A DNA stretch of 63,721 nucleotides, filler included, from Barthelona sp. PAP020 (GCA_040182905.1; 3 parts of 3 records of this genome joined end to end with filler, not necessarily neighbours in it), one strand, 5' to 3'; shown: positions 31,964 through 43,020, counted from the whole stretch's first letter. The notes: generated from the sequence alone by a model not told the origin. A program made the numbers and translations.

Positions 31964-33433
31964 ATGGATATTACTCAAGTATTTAAGAATTCAAGACACG
32001 AAACAAAAGAAACAGAAATTATATTAAATTTCGGTGTTGATTTTTGTGTATGTTTATCTGAACCAAAAATTGATATTGTACCTGAAGAAGAATGGGTTCC
32101 CGATTCTTATCAAACGAAATGCACATTTTGCGACACTCAATTCACGTTGTTTACTCGTCGTCATCATTGTCGCAGATGTGGGAGAATCATATGTAGTAAT
32201 TGTTCCGTTAATGATTTCTACACGGCTAAAGGTCAATATATAAAAAAGATGTGTAATTTATGTACTGACATTTGCAGAAAGACCAAAACTTTAAGTACAT
32301 TTGCTGCATATCAATCTTTTTTGTCAGGCTCAGATCCTATTATTAGAGTTGAGGTTATTACTGGGTTGAGAGGTGCATTACAAACCGAGAATTCTCGTCG
32401 TATACTAACTCAAGAATGTAAATCCCTTTTGGTTGAATTAGTTGCTTTATTAAATCCATCTAATCTTCCTGTTGTTGATGAGAAAGTGTCTAATGTTTTG
32501 GGAGTTGATTCAAGTTCCGCTTTATTGGGTCAACTATTACCATTATTTATCAATTTTACAGCTACCCTTCAAGCAGATCATTTGGAAACTGCAGTAGAAA
32601 TTGGATTAATTAATTCATTGTTACCTTTGTTTAGAGATCCAAGAATGAGAAATGTTGAAATGTTGCATCAACAATATATCATCTGGATTTTCAGAAATAT
32701 CTCAAGAATAGAAAAGGGTGCTATTGCTTTAATAGAAGCCAAAATTATTGATAGATTGATTGCTCATTTAGATATTCTGCAAGTTCAAACATTTGAAGAA
32801 CAAATTATTTGCATTTTGGCCAATTTAGCCCATTATAGTGATTCTTTTAAAAGTTATTTGTTGGAAAATGAAAAACTTCGAATTTTAGAAAGAATGACCA
32901 ATTTAGCAAAGAAATCCTTATCTCCTATGGCCAGATTAAATCTAGTGAGATTAATTGGAAATCTGGCTGCTGGAGAAAATGCTGATACTTACAGAAGCTT
33001 ATTGTATGAGAATAATTTTCCTCAAACTTTGCTTGATTTACTTGGAACTGAAGGAAATTTTGTCAATAGCTCTATTATGTCTGCTATCAGAAACTTTATC
33101 AAATTAGAAGAGTTTGCTGCACATTTTTTGAATAATTTTGGGCAAAATGTTATTATCAATTTCTTAAAAGACGATACTTTGATGACCAAATTGTTTGCTG
33201 TTAAATTTACCAAAGCGTTCTTGAAAGAATATCCAAATTATTCTTCTCAGTACTTTGAAAATGAATCAATTGAAGATTTAAAGACTTTATTTTCAAGTCT
33301 TTTTGCTTCTCAACACCCCAGAATACCAAGTTGTGCTTCTAAAATTTTGGACATTTTTGCTTCAAATGATGAAAATGGCAATGAAGTTAAAACATCTTTA
33401 CCCTCGCTTTCTTCCTCTTCTCCTTCTCAATAA
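31964..33433 (+). CDS. FYVE zinc finger + ARM-repeat protein
   Basis: WVPD...CTFC...FTLFTRRHHCRRCGRIICSNCS...CNLC; helical repeats with IFRNIS, ILANLA and LIGNLA. Confidence 0.85.
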   Translation: MDITQVFKNSRHETKETEIILNFGVDFCVCLSEPKIDIVPEEEWVPDSYQTKCTFCDTQFTLFTRRHHCRRCGRIICSNCSVNDFYTAKGQYIKKMCNLCTDICRKTKTLSTFAAYQSFLSGSDPIIRVEVITGLRGALQTENSRRILTQECKSLLVELVALLNPSNLPVVDEKVSNVLGVDSSSALLGQLLPLFINFTATLQADHLETAVEIGLINSLLPLFRDPRMRNVEMLHQQYIIWIFRNISRIEKGAIALIEAKIIDRLIAHLDILQVQTFEEQIICILANLAHYSDSFKSYLLENEKLRILERMTNLAKKSLSPMARLNLVRLIGNLAAGENADTYRSLLYENNFPQTLLDLLGTEGNFVNSSIMSAIRNFIKLEEFAAHFLNNFGQNVIINFLKDDTLMTKLFAVKFTKAFLKEYPNYSSQYFENESIEDLKTLFSSLFASQHPRIPSCASKILDIFASNDENGNEVKTSLPSLSSSSPSQ

Positions 33434-33766
33434 AGTTTTTAAATTATGTGTGTCAATGTTTATAAAACTGTTAGTTAATTTTTTTTTTATTTTGTCACTT
33501 GATCAGTTTTCTTTCAAAAGAATGGAAAGAAAAAAAAAGAACTTTTGTGCTTTGATTTTTATAATTGAATAATTTATGTTGAAAACTGAAAAAATTTTGG
33601 AATATTGAATTATGAAGAAAAAAAAAATTGAACAAAAGAAATGTTATCAATATTTAATTTACAAAGGTAAATTGAGAAATTATGAAAATATTATGGAAAA
33701 GATTACCTTTTGACACAAAAAAGAATTATAATTCAAAAAACCAATTTTCCTCTTGATCCCCCATCG

Positions 33767-35158
33767 TCAATGATTATTTCTGACTTGATATTTCAACAAA
33801 TATTTATTATGATTTTCATCTTCTGCTAAAACAATTAGATTTGACGAGTTTTGCCTTATCACATCAATAATATCATAAGGTAACGAAATAACAGCATGTT
33901 CAAGTGTTACCAATTGAAAAGAATCATCAAAAATCCAAGTTTGAAACAAAATCAATGAATTCTGACAAACAATCAATAATATGTCCAAGTGAGGAAACCA
34001 TATAGCTTTCTTGATTTCAAAATCAAACATATAATTTACTTGATGTTGTTTCATGTGTAAATTAATTAAAGATATGAAAGGTGAATTAAAAATTATAATG
34101 ATTGAAGGTGTCATTTTAGAAATTCTATCAATTTTACTCTTTGAATCAATTCTTGGCAAAATAGCCCTTATTTCTTTTGATAATGATAATTTTTGCAATG
34201 AAACAGGCAAATAATTATTAAAATAAAGAAAATATTCATTATTTTTCAAACAACTTGCATTGTTTTCTATGAAAAAAAAATTCCTGCAATTGGCAAACAA
34301 ATCTTTTAAAAAACGAATACTTTCAAACTTTTCATCATCATCAAATGATAATGTTTCAATTTCTTCCACAATAAACTGTAATAGACATTCATATTCATAG
34401 TCACTATTGTTTTCGATTTCAAAATATAAATTAGAAAGCTTAAGCTCATAATTTTGAAGACTTTCAACGATTTTGCTTTGAAAATTTAAAATTGTATCAG
34501 TATTTGTAATTATTATCTTTCCTAAAAAACAATGTGTACTATGATCAACTTCATAATAAGTTGATTGTAACATTTTGGGTTTGATTAACATGAATGTTTG
34601 AATCGTTTCCAAATACTGCATTTGAAATTGTTCTATCAACTGAAAATCATCATTGAACAAAATAAAATTTCCTAATTCATCGATAAATATGATTTTTTTA
34701 TTTCGGTCAATAAAATATTGCAATAATTTATGATTTACTTTGTATTCATTCTTTATTTCCTCTTTAAAATTCTCAATATTTATTAGATCAACAGAATATA
34801 TGATGAAATCATTGTAAAATACAAGTTTATTATTGAATTCAAAAAACGATTTAAAATTCGTATTTACATCAAAATCGCTGCGATTCAATATTTCCTTTGA
34901 ATCTTTTAAAATCACATAAACTGAACTTTTGTTCTCATCGATAACATAAATACACAAATATTTGTTAAAAATAATTACATCCAAAATAATTTCTTTAAAT
35001 CTCATCCATTCTGTGCTTTCTTTCAGAATATTCTCTTTATGCAATATTGTGTGATTGGATATCAACAAAATTTCTTCATTTTGAAGATTTTTGATTGAAT
35101 TGATATTTTCTTCAAAAACTGTTTCTTTTTCAAGGATCTTTTCCAATATGCAACTCAT
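33767..35158 (-). CDS. Hypothetical protein (possibly beta-propeller)
   Basis: 463-aa ATG-initiated ORF with no recognised motif. Confidence 0.65.
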   Translation of the reverse strand: MSCILEKILEKETVFEENINSIKNLQNEEILLISNHTILHKENILKESTEWMRFKEIILDVIIFNKYLCIYVIDENKSSVYVILKDSKEILNRSDFDVNTNFKSFFEFNNKLVFYNDFIIYSVDLINIENFKEEIKNEYKVNHKLLQYFIDRNKKIIFIDELGNFILFNDDFQLIEQFQMQYLETIQTFMLIKPKMLQSTYYEVDHSTHCFLGKIIITNTDTILNFQSKIVESLQNYELKLSNLYFEIENNSDYEYECLLQFIVEEIETLSFDDDEKFESIRFLKDLFANCRNFFFIENNASCLKNNEYFLYFNNYLPVSLQKLSLSKEIRAILPRIDSKSKIDRISKMTPSIIIIFNSPFISLINLHMKQHQVNYMFDFEIKKAIWFPHLDILLIVCQNSLILFQTWIFDDSFQLVTLEHAVISLPYDIIDVIRQNSSNLIVLAEDENHNKYLLKYQVRNNH

Positions 35159-35309
35159 TTCTAATTTCTGAGATTGTGATGCATAATATAAAATATTTTA
35201 ATAGTTGTTTACAATGTAACTTTAATCTACAGTATTCTACATTTTTTAAAAAAGAAATAATGGTTAGAAAAGAAACACAAAGAACTATTTATAAAGTGTC
35301 AAAACAAAA

Positions 35310-36890
35310 TCAATGCTTTGGTAAATTCTCTTTCCACATTTTTTGCATCATATTGTACAAAGGAGTTGTCAAACCCATAAAATAGTGAGAAGAATTTGTA
35401 GATTTGAAAATTTTGGGATCAAAACCATACTTTATCTGTTCATACAAGAAACTTTTTCCTTGACTTAATTCAGTGATATTGAAATCAAAATCATTCAAAA
35501 TTTCAACCACCTTATGTGGAACAAAAACCTTTTGTTCATTAGTATAAGGATGTGTCAAAACAATGTGCTCATTGATTTGAGGAATCAATTTGGCTTCATC
35601 TTCATTCATATAATTTCTGGTACAAGTCAAACAATCAGCCATAGCAATACCATTTTCATTAAACAATCTGAACAGTCTCTTCTTTCCAGGAATAGAAACC
35701 TTAACAAGAAGATTTGATAATTTAATTCTGGGAGTATCATCAAACTCCTGCATTTTATACACACCACCCAATGCTGGTTGTCTTTGGCAAGTGACAAGAT
35801 TGGTTCCAATACCATATACATTAATATGATGTTTTTGTTCTGCAAATTCCAACAAAATTTCTTCATTGATGTCATTTGAAGCAACAATACTTAATTTATC
35901 GCTGAAATCTTTCCCAAATACATTAATGAACATTGCATAAGCATCGTTTGACAACTGAACCAAATCTCCACTATCCAATCGAATACCAGAAGGTTTATAA
36001 CCAAAATCTAACAATGCCATTGCAACAGCACAGAAATTTTTACATCCAGAATCAATAGTGTTATAAGTATCAACTAAAGCCAAAAATCCATTTGGAAAAG
36101 TTTGAGCATATGCAATGAATGCAGCTAATTCTCCATCATGAGCGTCGTTGAAATTAAGTTCAGTTCGATGTTCCAAAACAACCTCAACGAAATTCTCCAC
36201 TTTGTTAGTTATCAAATTTTTTAAGGAACTGCTGTGTAAAGTTGATAAGTCTTTGAATGAAGTGATAAATGCGTGTGCCATAGTTCCTTTAACAGATAAA
36301 CCTAAAAGTTTCCCAGCCAAAGTATTTGAAGTAGCGTCAAAACCACCTAAAACTGAATATTTAGAAGCCATCATGGCTCCATCTGGTCCTTGTGCCCTTC
36401 TTAGACCAAATTCTAACAAACTTGCGTTAAAGCCAGCAGCAATACGATGTCTACAAGCATTGGTACTCATCAACGTGGCATAATTCACACAATTTAATAA
36501 CGGTGTTTCAATTAATTGACACAACAAAATTGGTCCTGACACTTGAACAAGTGGAGTGTTGGGAAAAACTATTGTTCCATTCTTCACAGATTTAATGGAA
36601 AGCATATTAGGGGATAAACTTCTCAAATAATCATAAAAATCTTCTGAAGCTTCAGGTAAAACAGTTTTGAGATAATCAATATCATCTTCTTCAAATCGAC
36701 AATTTTCTAAAATATCTCGAATTTCCTCCTCACCCCCAAAAACAGCGTAATCTCCCCTGAATGGGGATTTTCTGAAAAACAATTCAAAAGTGGCATTTGA
36801 AAGATGTTGTTTTGAATGGAAATATCCAACAGACATGGTAATTTGATAAAAATCAGTTAATAATATTTTTAATCTGGGGTTTTTTGACAT
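35310..36890 (-). CDS. NAPRT: Nicotinate phosphoribosyltransferase
   Basis: LLTDFYQITM, FELFFRKSPF, LEFGLRRAQGPDG, GTMAHAF, LVDTY, GIRLDSGDL, ASNDINE and GIGTNLVTC. Confidence 0.96.
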   Translation of the reverse strand: MSKNPRLKILLTDFYQITMSVGYFHSKQHLSNATFELFFRKSPFRGDYAVFGGEEEIRDILENCRFEEDDIDYLKTVLPEASEDFYDYLRSLSPNMLSIKSVKNGTIVFPNTPLVQVSGPILLCQLIETPLLNCVNYATLMSTNACRHRIAAGFNASLLEFGLRRAQGPDGAMMASKYSVLGGFDATSNTLAGKLLGLSVKGTMAHAFITSFKDLSTLHSSSLKNLITNKVENFVEVVLEHRTELNFNDAHDGELAAFIAYAQTFPNGFLALVDTYNTIDSGCKNFCAVAMALLDFGYKPSGIRLDSGDLVQLSNDAYAMFINVFGKDFSDKLSIVASNDINEEILLEFAEQKHHINVYGIGTNLVTCQRQPALGGVYKMQEFDDTPRIKLSNLLVKVSIPGKKRLFRLFNENGIAMADCLTCTRNYMNEDEAKLIPQINEHIVLTHPYTNEQKVFVPHKVVEILNDFDFNITELSQGKSFLYEQIKYGFDPKIFKSTNSSHYFMGLTTPLYNMMQKMWKENLPKH

Positions 36891-37082
36891 ATTTAAAAGT
36901 GTAAAGAAAGAAACAAAAAATAATAATGGTTCTTTCATTTTCTAGTGCCAAATAACTCCTTGAAACAACCAAACACAACAATTATTAAATAAATTTATCA
37001 TTCAAAAGTTAAACAAAAACCTGATTCAAAAATTGAAAAAAAATTGAAAGAGACCATCAATCAATTTTCATATTTATAACAA

Positions 37083-37586
37083 ATGAGATTGCCTAATTTT
37101 CTGATCACAGGAACACCTGGGACTGGGAAAACAACAATTGCAGAAATGATAGCCGAACAAATACCCGAGTTGAAACATCTTAATGTAAGCGAACTAGTTA
37201 AAAGTGAAGGACTTTACGAGGAATTTGATGAAAATCTTAACACACATATTTTAGATGATGAGGCTTTTTTTGATTATTTTGATCCATTGCTTGAAGAAGG
37301 TGGATACATTGTTGATTTTCACACTCCAGACATGTTTAAACCTGATCATATAGACCATGTTTTTGTGGTACATTGCATAAATGACCAATTATGGAAACGA
37401 TTGGAAAATCGAGGTTATTCAGAACAAAAAATTAAAGAAAATTTGGAAGCTGAAATTATGATGGTATGTTATGAGGATTCTCTTGACATTTATGGAGATG
37501 ACATTGTGAATCAAGTAACAAACGAAAGCATTGATCAATTGGATTCCAATGTTGAAGAAATTGTAGAATTCATAAAGAGTCTTTGA
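37083..37586 (+). CDS. AK6: Adenylate kinase 6 / Fap7
   Basis: PNFLITGTPGTGKTT, IVDFH and RLENRGYSEQKIKENLEAEI. Confidence 0.93.
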   Translation: MRLPNFLITGTPGTGKTTIAEMIAEQIPELKHLNVSELVKSEGLYEEFDENLNTHILDDEAFFDYFDPLLEEGGYIVDFHTPDMFKPDHIDHVFVVHCINDQLWKRLENRGYSEQKIKENLEAEIMMVCYEDSLDIYGDDIVNQVTNESIDQLDSNVEEIVEFIKSL

Positions 37587-37838
37587 ATTTTTGTTTTTGT
37601 TTTTGGAAAATGTGGCACAATATGATTTTTCAACTCTCAAATAATAGTTTGAAGAAAAAGACAAGTGAATATTTGAAAATTTATGCGAAATTTGAGTGAA
37701 AGGAATAAGAGATGAAAGAATTGTCATCTTTCAGCTGAAATTGTCTGTCTTTAATTTTGTAATTGAGGGAAATTTGAAAAATATATGTATATATTTATAG
37801 CATAACTGTATGTACAGAGTTTTCATGACCAATAAACA

Positions 37839-38084
37839 CTATTTAGTGGGTGTTGGACTTTCAGTATCATCATCGTGATCAAAATCAGATCTTTCAATCT
37901 CCAGAAAATTTGGCTTTTTTTTATCGTTTGATCCAGATGACACATTATGATTCAATGGCGTTCGTATACCTGGTGATCTTGGGTCAAATATTGAAAACTT
38001 ATCCACTTTTGGTTTTTCGGGCGACGTCAATTGTTCAAAATCTGTGTTCGATTCATTCATAATTTTTGACTGTTTATTTCCCAT
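37839..38084 (-). CDS. Small protein with MG start and DPRSP..RTP motif (CDCA3/Tome-1-like)
   Basis: MGNKQSK...FDPRSPGIRTPL, with several SP/TP sites. Confidence 0.5.
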   Translation of the reverse strand: MGNKQSKIMNESNTDFEQLTSPEKPKVDKFSIFDPRSPGIRTPLNHNVSSGSNDKKKPNFLEIERSDFDHDDDTESPTPTK

Positions 38085-38423
38085 TAAAAATCGTTTCAAA
38101 AATTACAAAAAAAATCTTCATTCTGAAGAAAACTTCAATTTCTTTTATTTAATCACAAATATCTTTTATATTATAAATTATCAATAGTTCAAAAAATGTT
38201 TTTGGGAAATTTGTTCTTTTTTTTAAGAAGTATTTTGGTAAGAACACAAGTTTTTTTCATTTTTTTTAACAAAAGAATATTTAATTTTAAAATATTTTTG
38301 TTTAATGATGTCTGTGAAAATAGAGAAAATCAAAGAAGAAAGGAAATGAAATCTTTTGGGAGAAATTCTGGACATAAATGACCTTTTCAAACCATTTCCC
38401 AAACATTATCTTTGTATTAAATA

Positions 38424-40364
38424 ATGCCCTGTATTACTCATAAGATTTTAAAGGACCATCTCATTGGTGGTGGTGATCTTCCTGCCATTGGCGATGAAAT
38501 TGAAATTAAAATTGACCAAACTTTGACTCAAGATGCCACAGGTACTATGGCTTACCTTGAATTAGAAGCTTTGGGAATTGATCGAGTTAGAACTGAACTT
38601 TCTGTCTCTTATGTTGATCATCAATTACTTCAAGCTGATTTTAAGAATCCTGACGATCATGAGTTCCTTAGAACAGTTGCTCAAAAGTATGGTATTATTT
38701 TTTCACGTCCCGGTAATGGTATTTGTCATCAAGTTCATCTTGAACGTTTTGCTCGTCCCGGAAAGACTTTAATTGGTTCTGATTCTCACACTCCCACTGC
38801 TGGTGGTGTTGGTGGTATTGCTATTGGAGCTGGTGGTCTTGATGTCACTCTTTGTATGGGTGGAGAACCTTTCCGTTTAAACATGCCTAAGGTTGTTGGT
38901 ATTAAATTGACTGGTCAACTCAATGATTTTGTTTCGGCCAAGGATGTTATTCTCCAAATTCTCAGAATCAAGGGAAAGAAAAATGCTGATCATGTTTTTG
39001 AATATTTTGGTCCTGGTGTTTCTACTCTCGATGTTCCTTCTCGTGCTACCATTACAAATATGGGTGCTGAAGCCGGTGTTACCACATCTGTTTTCCCTTC
39101 TGATGAAATTACAAAGGAATGGTTAGAACAACAACAACGTGGTGATCAATGGGTTGAACTTAAGGCTGATTCTGATAATGAATATGATGAAATCCTTGAA
39201 ATTGATCTTTCTTCAATTGTTCCCAATGTTGCCATGCCTTTCCAACCTAATAATGTTAAAACCATTAAGGAAGTTAGAGAACTCAAAGGTGATGTTAAAG
39301 TTCATCAAGTTTGCATTGGATCTTGTACTAATTCCTCTTATCGTGACTTAATGACATTATCTCGTTTACTTAAGGGTAAGACTGTCCATCCTGAAGTTTG
39401 TGTCGCTGTTTTCCCTGGTTCCAAACTTATTTTGGATACTCTTGCTCGTAATGGTGCTCTCACTGATTTAATTTCTGCTGGTTGTCAAATTATGCAATCT
39501 GGTTGTGGTGCCTGTATTGGTATGGGTTATGCTCCTGGTTCTGGACAAGTTTCTGTTCGTTCTTTCAATCGTAATTTCCTTGGACGTTGTGGTCATAAGA
39601 ATGCCGATGTTTATCTTGCATCTCCTGAAACTTGTGCTGCTTGTGCACTTACTGGAATGTTGACTGGTGCTGACGAATTAGGTGTCGAAGTTCCTGAAAT
39701 TCCCCCTGCAACATATATTATTAACGACAATATGTTGGTTGAGCCTCCTACCAGTGGTTCTGATATTGAAATTGTTCGTGGTCCAAACATTAAACCTCTT
39801 TGTGAATTGCGTGCCCCTGATGATTTTGAGCTCCCAGTTCAATTAAAGGTTGGTGATGATATTTCAACTGATCATATTATGCCTGCCGGATCCAAAGTAC
39901 TTCCTTTCCGTTCTAACATTCCTGAAATTTCCAAATTCTGTTATGGTGTTGTTGATGAATCCTTCCATGACCGTTGTTTACAAACTGGTGGTGGTATTAT
40001 TGTTGGTGGTTCCAATTATGGACAAGGTTCTTCTCGTGAACACGCCGCTATCGCTCCTCTCTATTTGGGAATTCGTGTATGTTTAGTTAAAGATTTTGCC
40101 CGTATTCATAAAGCCAATTTGGTAAATTGGGGAATTGTTCCTTTAGAATTCGAAAATGCTGATGATTATGATCTTATTGACCAAGGAGATGTTGTAAAGA
40201 TTGACAACCTTCAACAAGGTATTGAAGAAGGTGTTGTTATTGTTAAAAATGTTACAAAAGGAAAAGAGATTCGTGCTCTTTGTCAATTGGGTGCTAAGTC
40301 TAAAACTATCCTTGCTCGTGGTGGTAACATTATGGATTATCGTGTCAGAAATAACATCCAATAA
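38424..40364 (+). CDS. Aconitate hydratase, short prokaryote-type (~640 aa)
   Basis: IDQTLTQDATGTMAYL, SYVDH, GICHQVHLERF, GSDSHT, IGSCTN, CGACIG, DISTDHIMP and NYGQGSSREHAA; no N-terminal presequence. Confidence 0.93.
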   Translation: MPCITHKILKDHLIGGGDLPAIGDEIEIKIDQTLTQDATGTMAYLELEALGIDRVRTELSVSYVDHQLLQADFKNPDDHEFLRTVAQKYGIIFSRPGNGICHQVHLERFARPGKTLIGSDSHTPTAGGVGGIAIGAGGLDVTLCMGGEPFRLNMPKVVGIKLTGQLNDFVSAKDVILQILRIKGKKNADHVFEYFGPGVSTLDVPSRATITNMGAEAGVTTSVFPSDEITKEWLEQQQRGDQWVELKADSDNEYDEILEIDLSSIVPNVAMPFQPNNVKTIKEVRELKGDVKVHQVCIGSCTNSSYRDLMTLSRLLKGKTVHPEVCVAVFPGSKLILDTLARNGALTDLISAGCQIMQSGCGACIGMGYAPGSGQVSVRSFNRNFLGRCGHKNADVYLASPETCAACALTGMLTGADELGVEVPEIPPATYIINDNMLVEPPTSGSDIEIVRGPNIKPLCELRAPDDFELPVQLKVGDDISTDHIMPAGSKVLPFRSNIPEISKFCYGVVDESFHDRCLQTGGGIIVGGSNYGQGSSREHAAIAPLYLGIRVCLVKDFARIHKANLVNWGIVPLEFENADDYDLIDQGDVVKIDNLQQGIEEGVVIVKNVTKGKEIRALCQLGAKSKTILARGGNIMDYRVRNNIQ

Positions 40365-40506
40365 TTTTACCAATCAGTATAGGAAAATGTGTTTTTTATT
40401 GTTATAAATATGGTTAAATCATTTGTTCTTTTTCTCAACAAAACACAAAAGAGGTTTATCAACATTCTTTTTTTTTTTTTTCAATTATTTCTTTCATTCT
40501 CACAAT

Positions 40507-41673
40507 ATGAGTGTTCAAAATCGAGGAAAAAAGCGAAATCGTTCAAAAAAAGCAAAGAAAGGCATTATTTCGTTGCCAAAACCAAATGTTTCTAACGATA
40601 ACAATGTAGATACCAATATTCTTTTGCAACCAAATAAAGAAGCAATGCAAATGATGGCAGATATTCAAAAAGAAAAGGAAATTAGTGCAAATTTGACACT
40701 CCCAAAAGTAAATGAAATATCCAATGATAATAAACATTCATCAATTCGAAAAATGAAGAAAAATAATGAAAAACAGTTAGTTTTATTGAAAGCGAAAGCC
40801 AAAAAGCCTGAAATGGTAGAACTATCTGATGTTTCGGCAAAATATCCGGATTTTCATGTTGCTTTAAAATGTGTGAGAAATTCTATTCCTGTTCCTTCCC
40901 ATTGGAATGAAAGGAAGAAATATTTAGTTGGAAAGAAAGGTTTTTTGAAGGGACCTTTTGAGTTACCCCAACATATTAAAGCAACAGGAATAATGGAAAG
41001 CAGACAACCTCAAATTGAAGAAACTGGGATCAAGAATTTCCAGCCTACAATTATTGATTATGCTGTATTGCACGATGCTTTTTTCAAAGATTCAATTCAA
41101 CCTGATTTGACATCGATCGGTGATCTTTATTATGAAGGAAAAGAATTTGAACCCAAATTAGTCACAAAAAAACCGGGGCATTTGTCTCTAACATTAAAAG
41201 AAGCAATTGGTTGGAATAATCCTTTACATCCACCTCCTTGGTTGTTTGCCATGCAAAAATTTGGACCACCTCCAAGCTATCCCTTATTAAAGATACCAGG
41301 ATTGAATTCACCAATACCATTTGGAGCTTCATGGGGTTTTCAAGTTGGTGGTTGGGGCAAAGCCCCAACAGATTTTTCTGGAAAACCGTTATATGGTGAT
41401 GTTTTTGGAGAATCTGAAAATATAATGGATTATCAATTGAATACCACCCATTGGGATGATTTTGAAATGGATGAAAGTCAAATGGTTGATATATATCGAA
41501 GAGAAAACAATTATGTTGAAGAGGAAGAGCAAAAAGAAGAAGAACTTGTTACCATTGAATTAGGTATGCCTATGGGAATATCTGGTGGTTTTACAACAAA
41601 TGATTTTGATTCCATCAATATTGAAATACCTGAACCTTCAGATAACAGAGTTCGCACAGATTCAGAACGATAA
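40507..41673 (+). CDS. SF3B2: Splicing factor 3B subunit 2 / Cus1 (DUF382 + PSP)
   Basis: RNSIPVPSHW..RKKYL.GKKG, IDYAVLHDAFFK, GDLYYEGKEFE and PPPWLFAMQKFGPPPSYP. Confidence 0.95.
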   Translation: MSVQNRGKKRNRSKKAKKGIISLPKPNVSNDNNVDTNILLQPNKEAMQMMADIQKEKEISANLTLPKVNEISNDNKHSSIRKMKKNNEKQLVLLKAKAKKPEMVELSDVSAKYPDFHVALKCVRNSIPVPSHWNERKKYLVGKKGFLKGPFELPQHIKATGIMESRQPQIEETGIKNFQPTIIDYAVLHDAFFKDSIQPDLTSIGDLYYEGKEFEPKLVTKKPGHLSLTLKEAIGWNNPLHPPPWLFAMQKFGPPPSYPLLKIPGLNSPIPFGASWGFQVGGWGKAPTDFSGKPLYGDVFGESENIMDYQLNTTHWDDFEMDESQMVDIYRRENNYVEEEEQKEEELVTIELGMPMGISGGFTTNDFDSINIEIPEPSDNRVRTDSER

Positions 41674-42007
41674 AAAGACAGTTTTCATCTTTTAACATTT
41701 GTTAAGTGATTAATATAAATATGCCTATGTTTGTTTAATATGTGGTGATTGTTTTCAGTTTTACAATTCTTTTGTTTCATTTATATAAATTCTTTTTTAT
41801 TTCAATTTTTCTTTGGATTTATTGTGTATTTCATGTTTTAAATGATCATTTATCACACTTTCACTCAACAAAACAACAAAATATGGGTATTTAACTGAAA
41901 AACAAATAAAAATCATTCAGTTCACTTTCTTTTTTTTTGATGAATATCTCTTTAAAATTTGAAAATTGGTGATATTATTTGCATCATTTTTTTTTATTCA
42001 AATTAAT

Positions 42008-42550
42008 ATGAGTATTCTTAGCGAACGTAGAACTATCCGTGAATTCAGTGATGAACCCATCACTCAAGAAGAACTTGAAACATTCATTAAATTGGCACAA
42101 AACGCACCATCTGCTGTCAATACACAACCTGGAAATTTCTACATTTTAAATGGAAAAGAGAGAGTCAGGGAACTTGCTGAAAAATTTATCATTCCTGATA
42201 ACATGCAAGGTTTTATTCAATCACGTAAGAGTGGAGAATTTGCAAAAGTTGAACCTATTCTTTGTGATGCACCTGCTGTTGTTTTCCTCACCTTAAAAAA
42301 TTCTTATGGACCCACATTTGATGGTGTTGATTCTGGTATCATCATTTCATATTTGCTTTTGGCTGCTCATGAAATGGGATGGGGTGCTATGCCTGTCGGT
42401 ATGATCGCATTTTCAAAAGATCCCATCTGTGAGTACTGTCAAATTCCTGATGATGAAACATTCATTCCAGTTTGTGTTGCTTTTGGTAAAAAAGCTGAAA
42501 AGATTAACTCTCACGAAAAGGCAATCACATCCAACGTTCATTATGTTTAA
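42008..42550 (+). CDS. Nitroreductase-family flavoprotein
   Basis: RRTIREFSDEPI, APSAVNTQP, DSG...LLLAAHEMGWG and VAFGK. Confidence 0.9.
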   Translation: MSILSERRTIREFSDEPITQEELETFIKLAQNAPSAVNTQPGNFYILNGKERVRELAEKFIIPDNMQGFIQSRKSGEFAKVEPILCDAPAVVFLTLKNSYGPTFDGVDSGIIISYLLLAAHEMGWGAMPVGMIAFSKDPICEYCQIPDDETFIPVCVAFGKKAEKINSHEKAITSNVHYV

Positions 42551-42827
42551 TTGCTGTATTTATTGATAAAAGTTATTGTTAATATTTTTGTTTGAGAAAA
42601 GAAGAGGTTTTTGATTAAAATGATTGATAATAGTTATCAATAAATCCATCCAATTTTCTGTTAATATGCTGAAGCAATAAATTAAAAGAAAATTTTTTGT
42701 TGAAATTTATTATTTTATAAGAAAGAATAATCTTTTGAAAATTTTCATGCCGAAAATTGAAAGATTAGAAGAAGTTTGAATAAAAAAGCCCCGAGAAAGA
42801 AGCAAAAATATGAAAAAGGATATGGAT

Positions 42828-42920
42828 TTACTGTGATTCATCATCACTCTGGTCATCATCATCACTCTGGTTATCCGACTCAGAAATGTCCTCAGAATCG
42901 TCTTCACTGTCTTCCTCGTT
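42828..42920 (-). CDS. Acidic C-terminal end of an unknown gene truncated by the gap
   Basis: Reverse frame NEEDSEDDSEDISESDNQSDDDDQSDDESQ*, open up to the gap. Confidence 0.6.
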   Translation of the reverse strand, partial: NEEDSEDDSEDISESDNQSDDDDQSDDESQ

Positions 42921-43020
42921 NNNNNNNNNNNNNNNNNNNNNNNNNNNNNNNNNNNNNNNNNNNNTTAATTAATTAANNNNNNNNNNNNNNNNNNNNNNNN
43001 NNNNNNNNNNNNNNNNNNNN
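42921..43020. other. Assembly gap with artificial six-frame-stop spacer
   Basis: N44-TTAATTAATTAA-N44. Confidence 0.97.

Noticed and set aside
38578..40407. Many short alternative-frame and antisense ORFs within long genes (here and throughout the window)
   Set aside because: Shadow ORFs expected from codon bias; no independent motifs.
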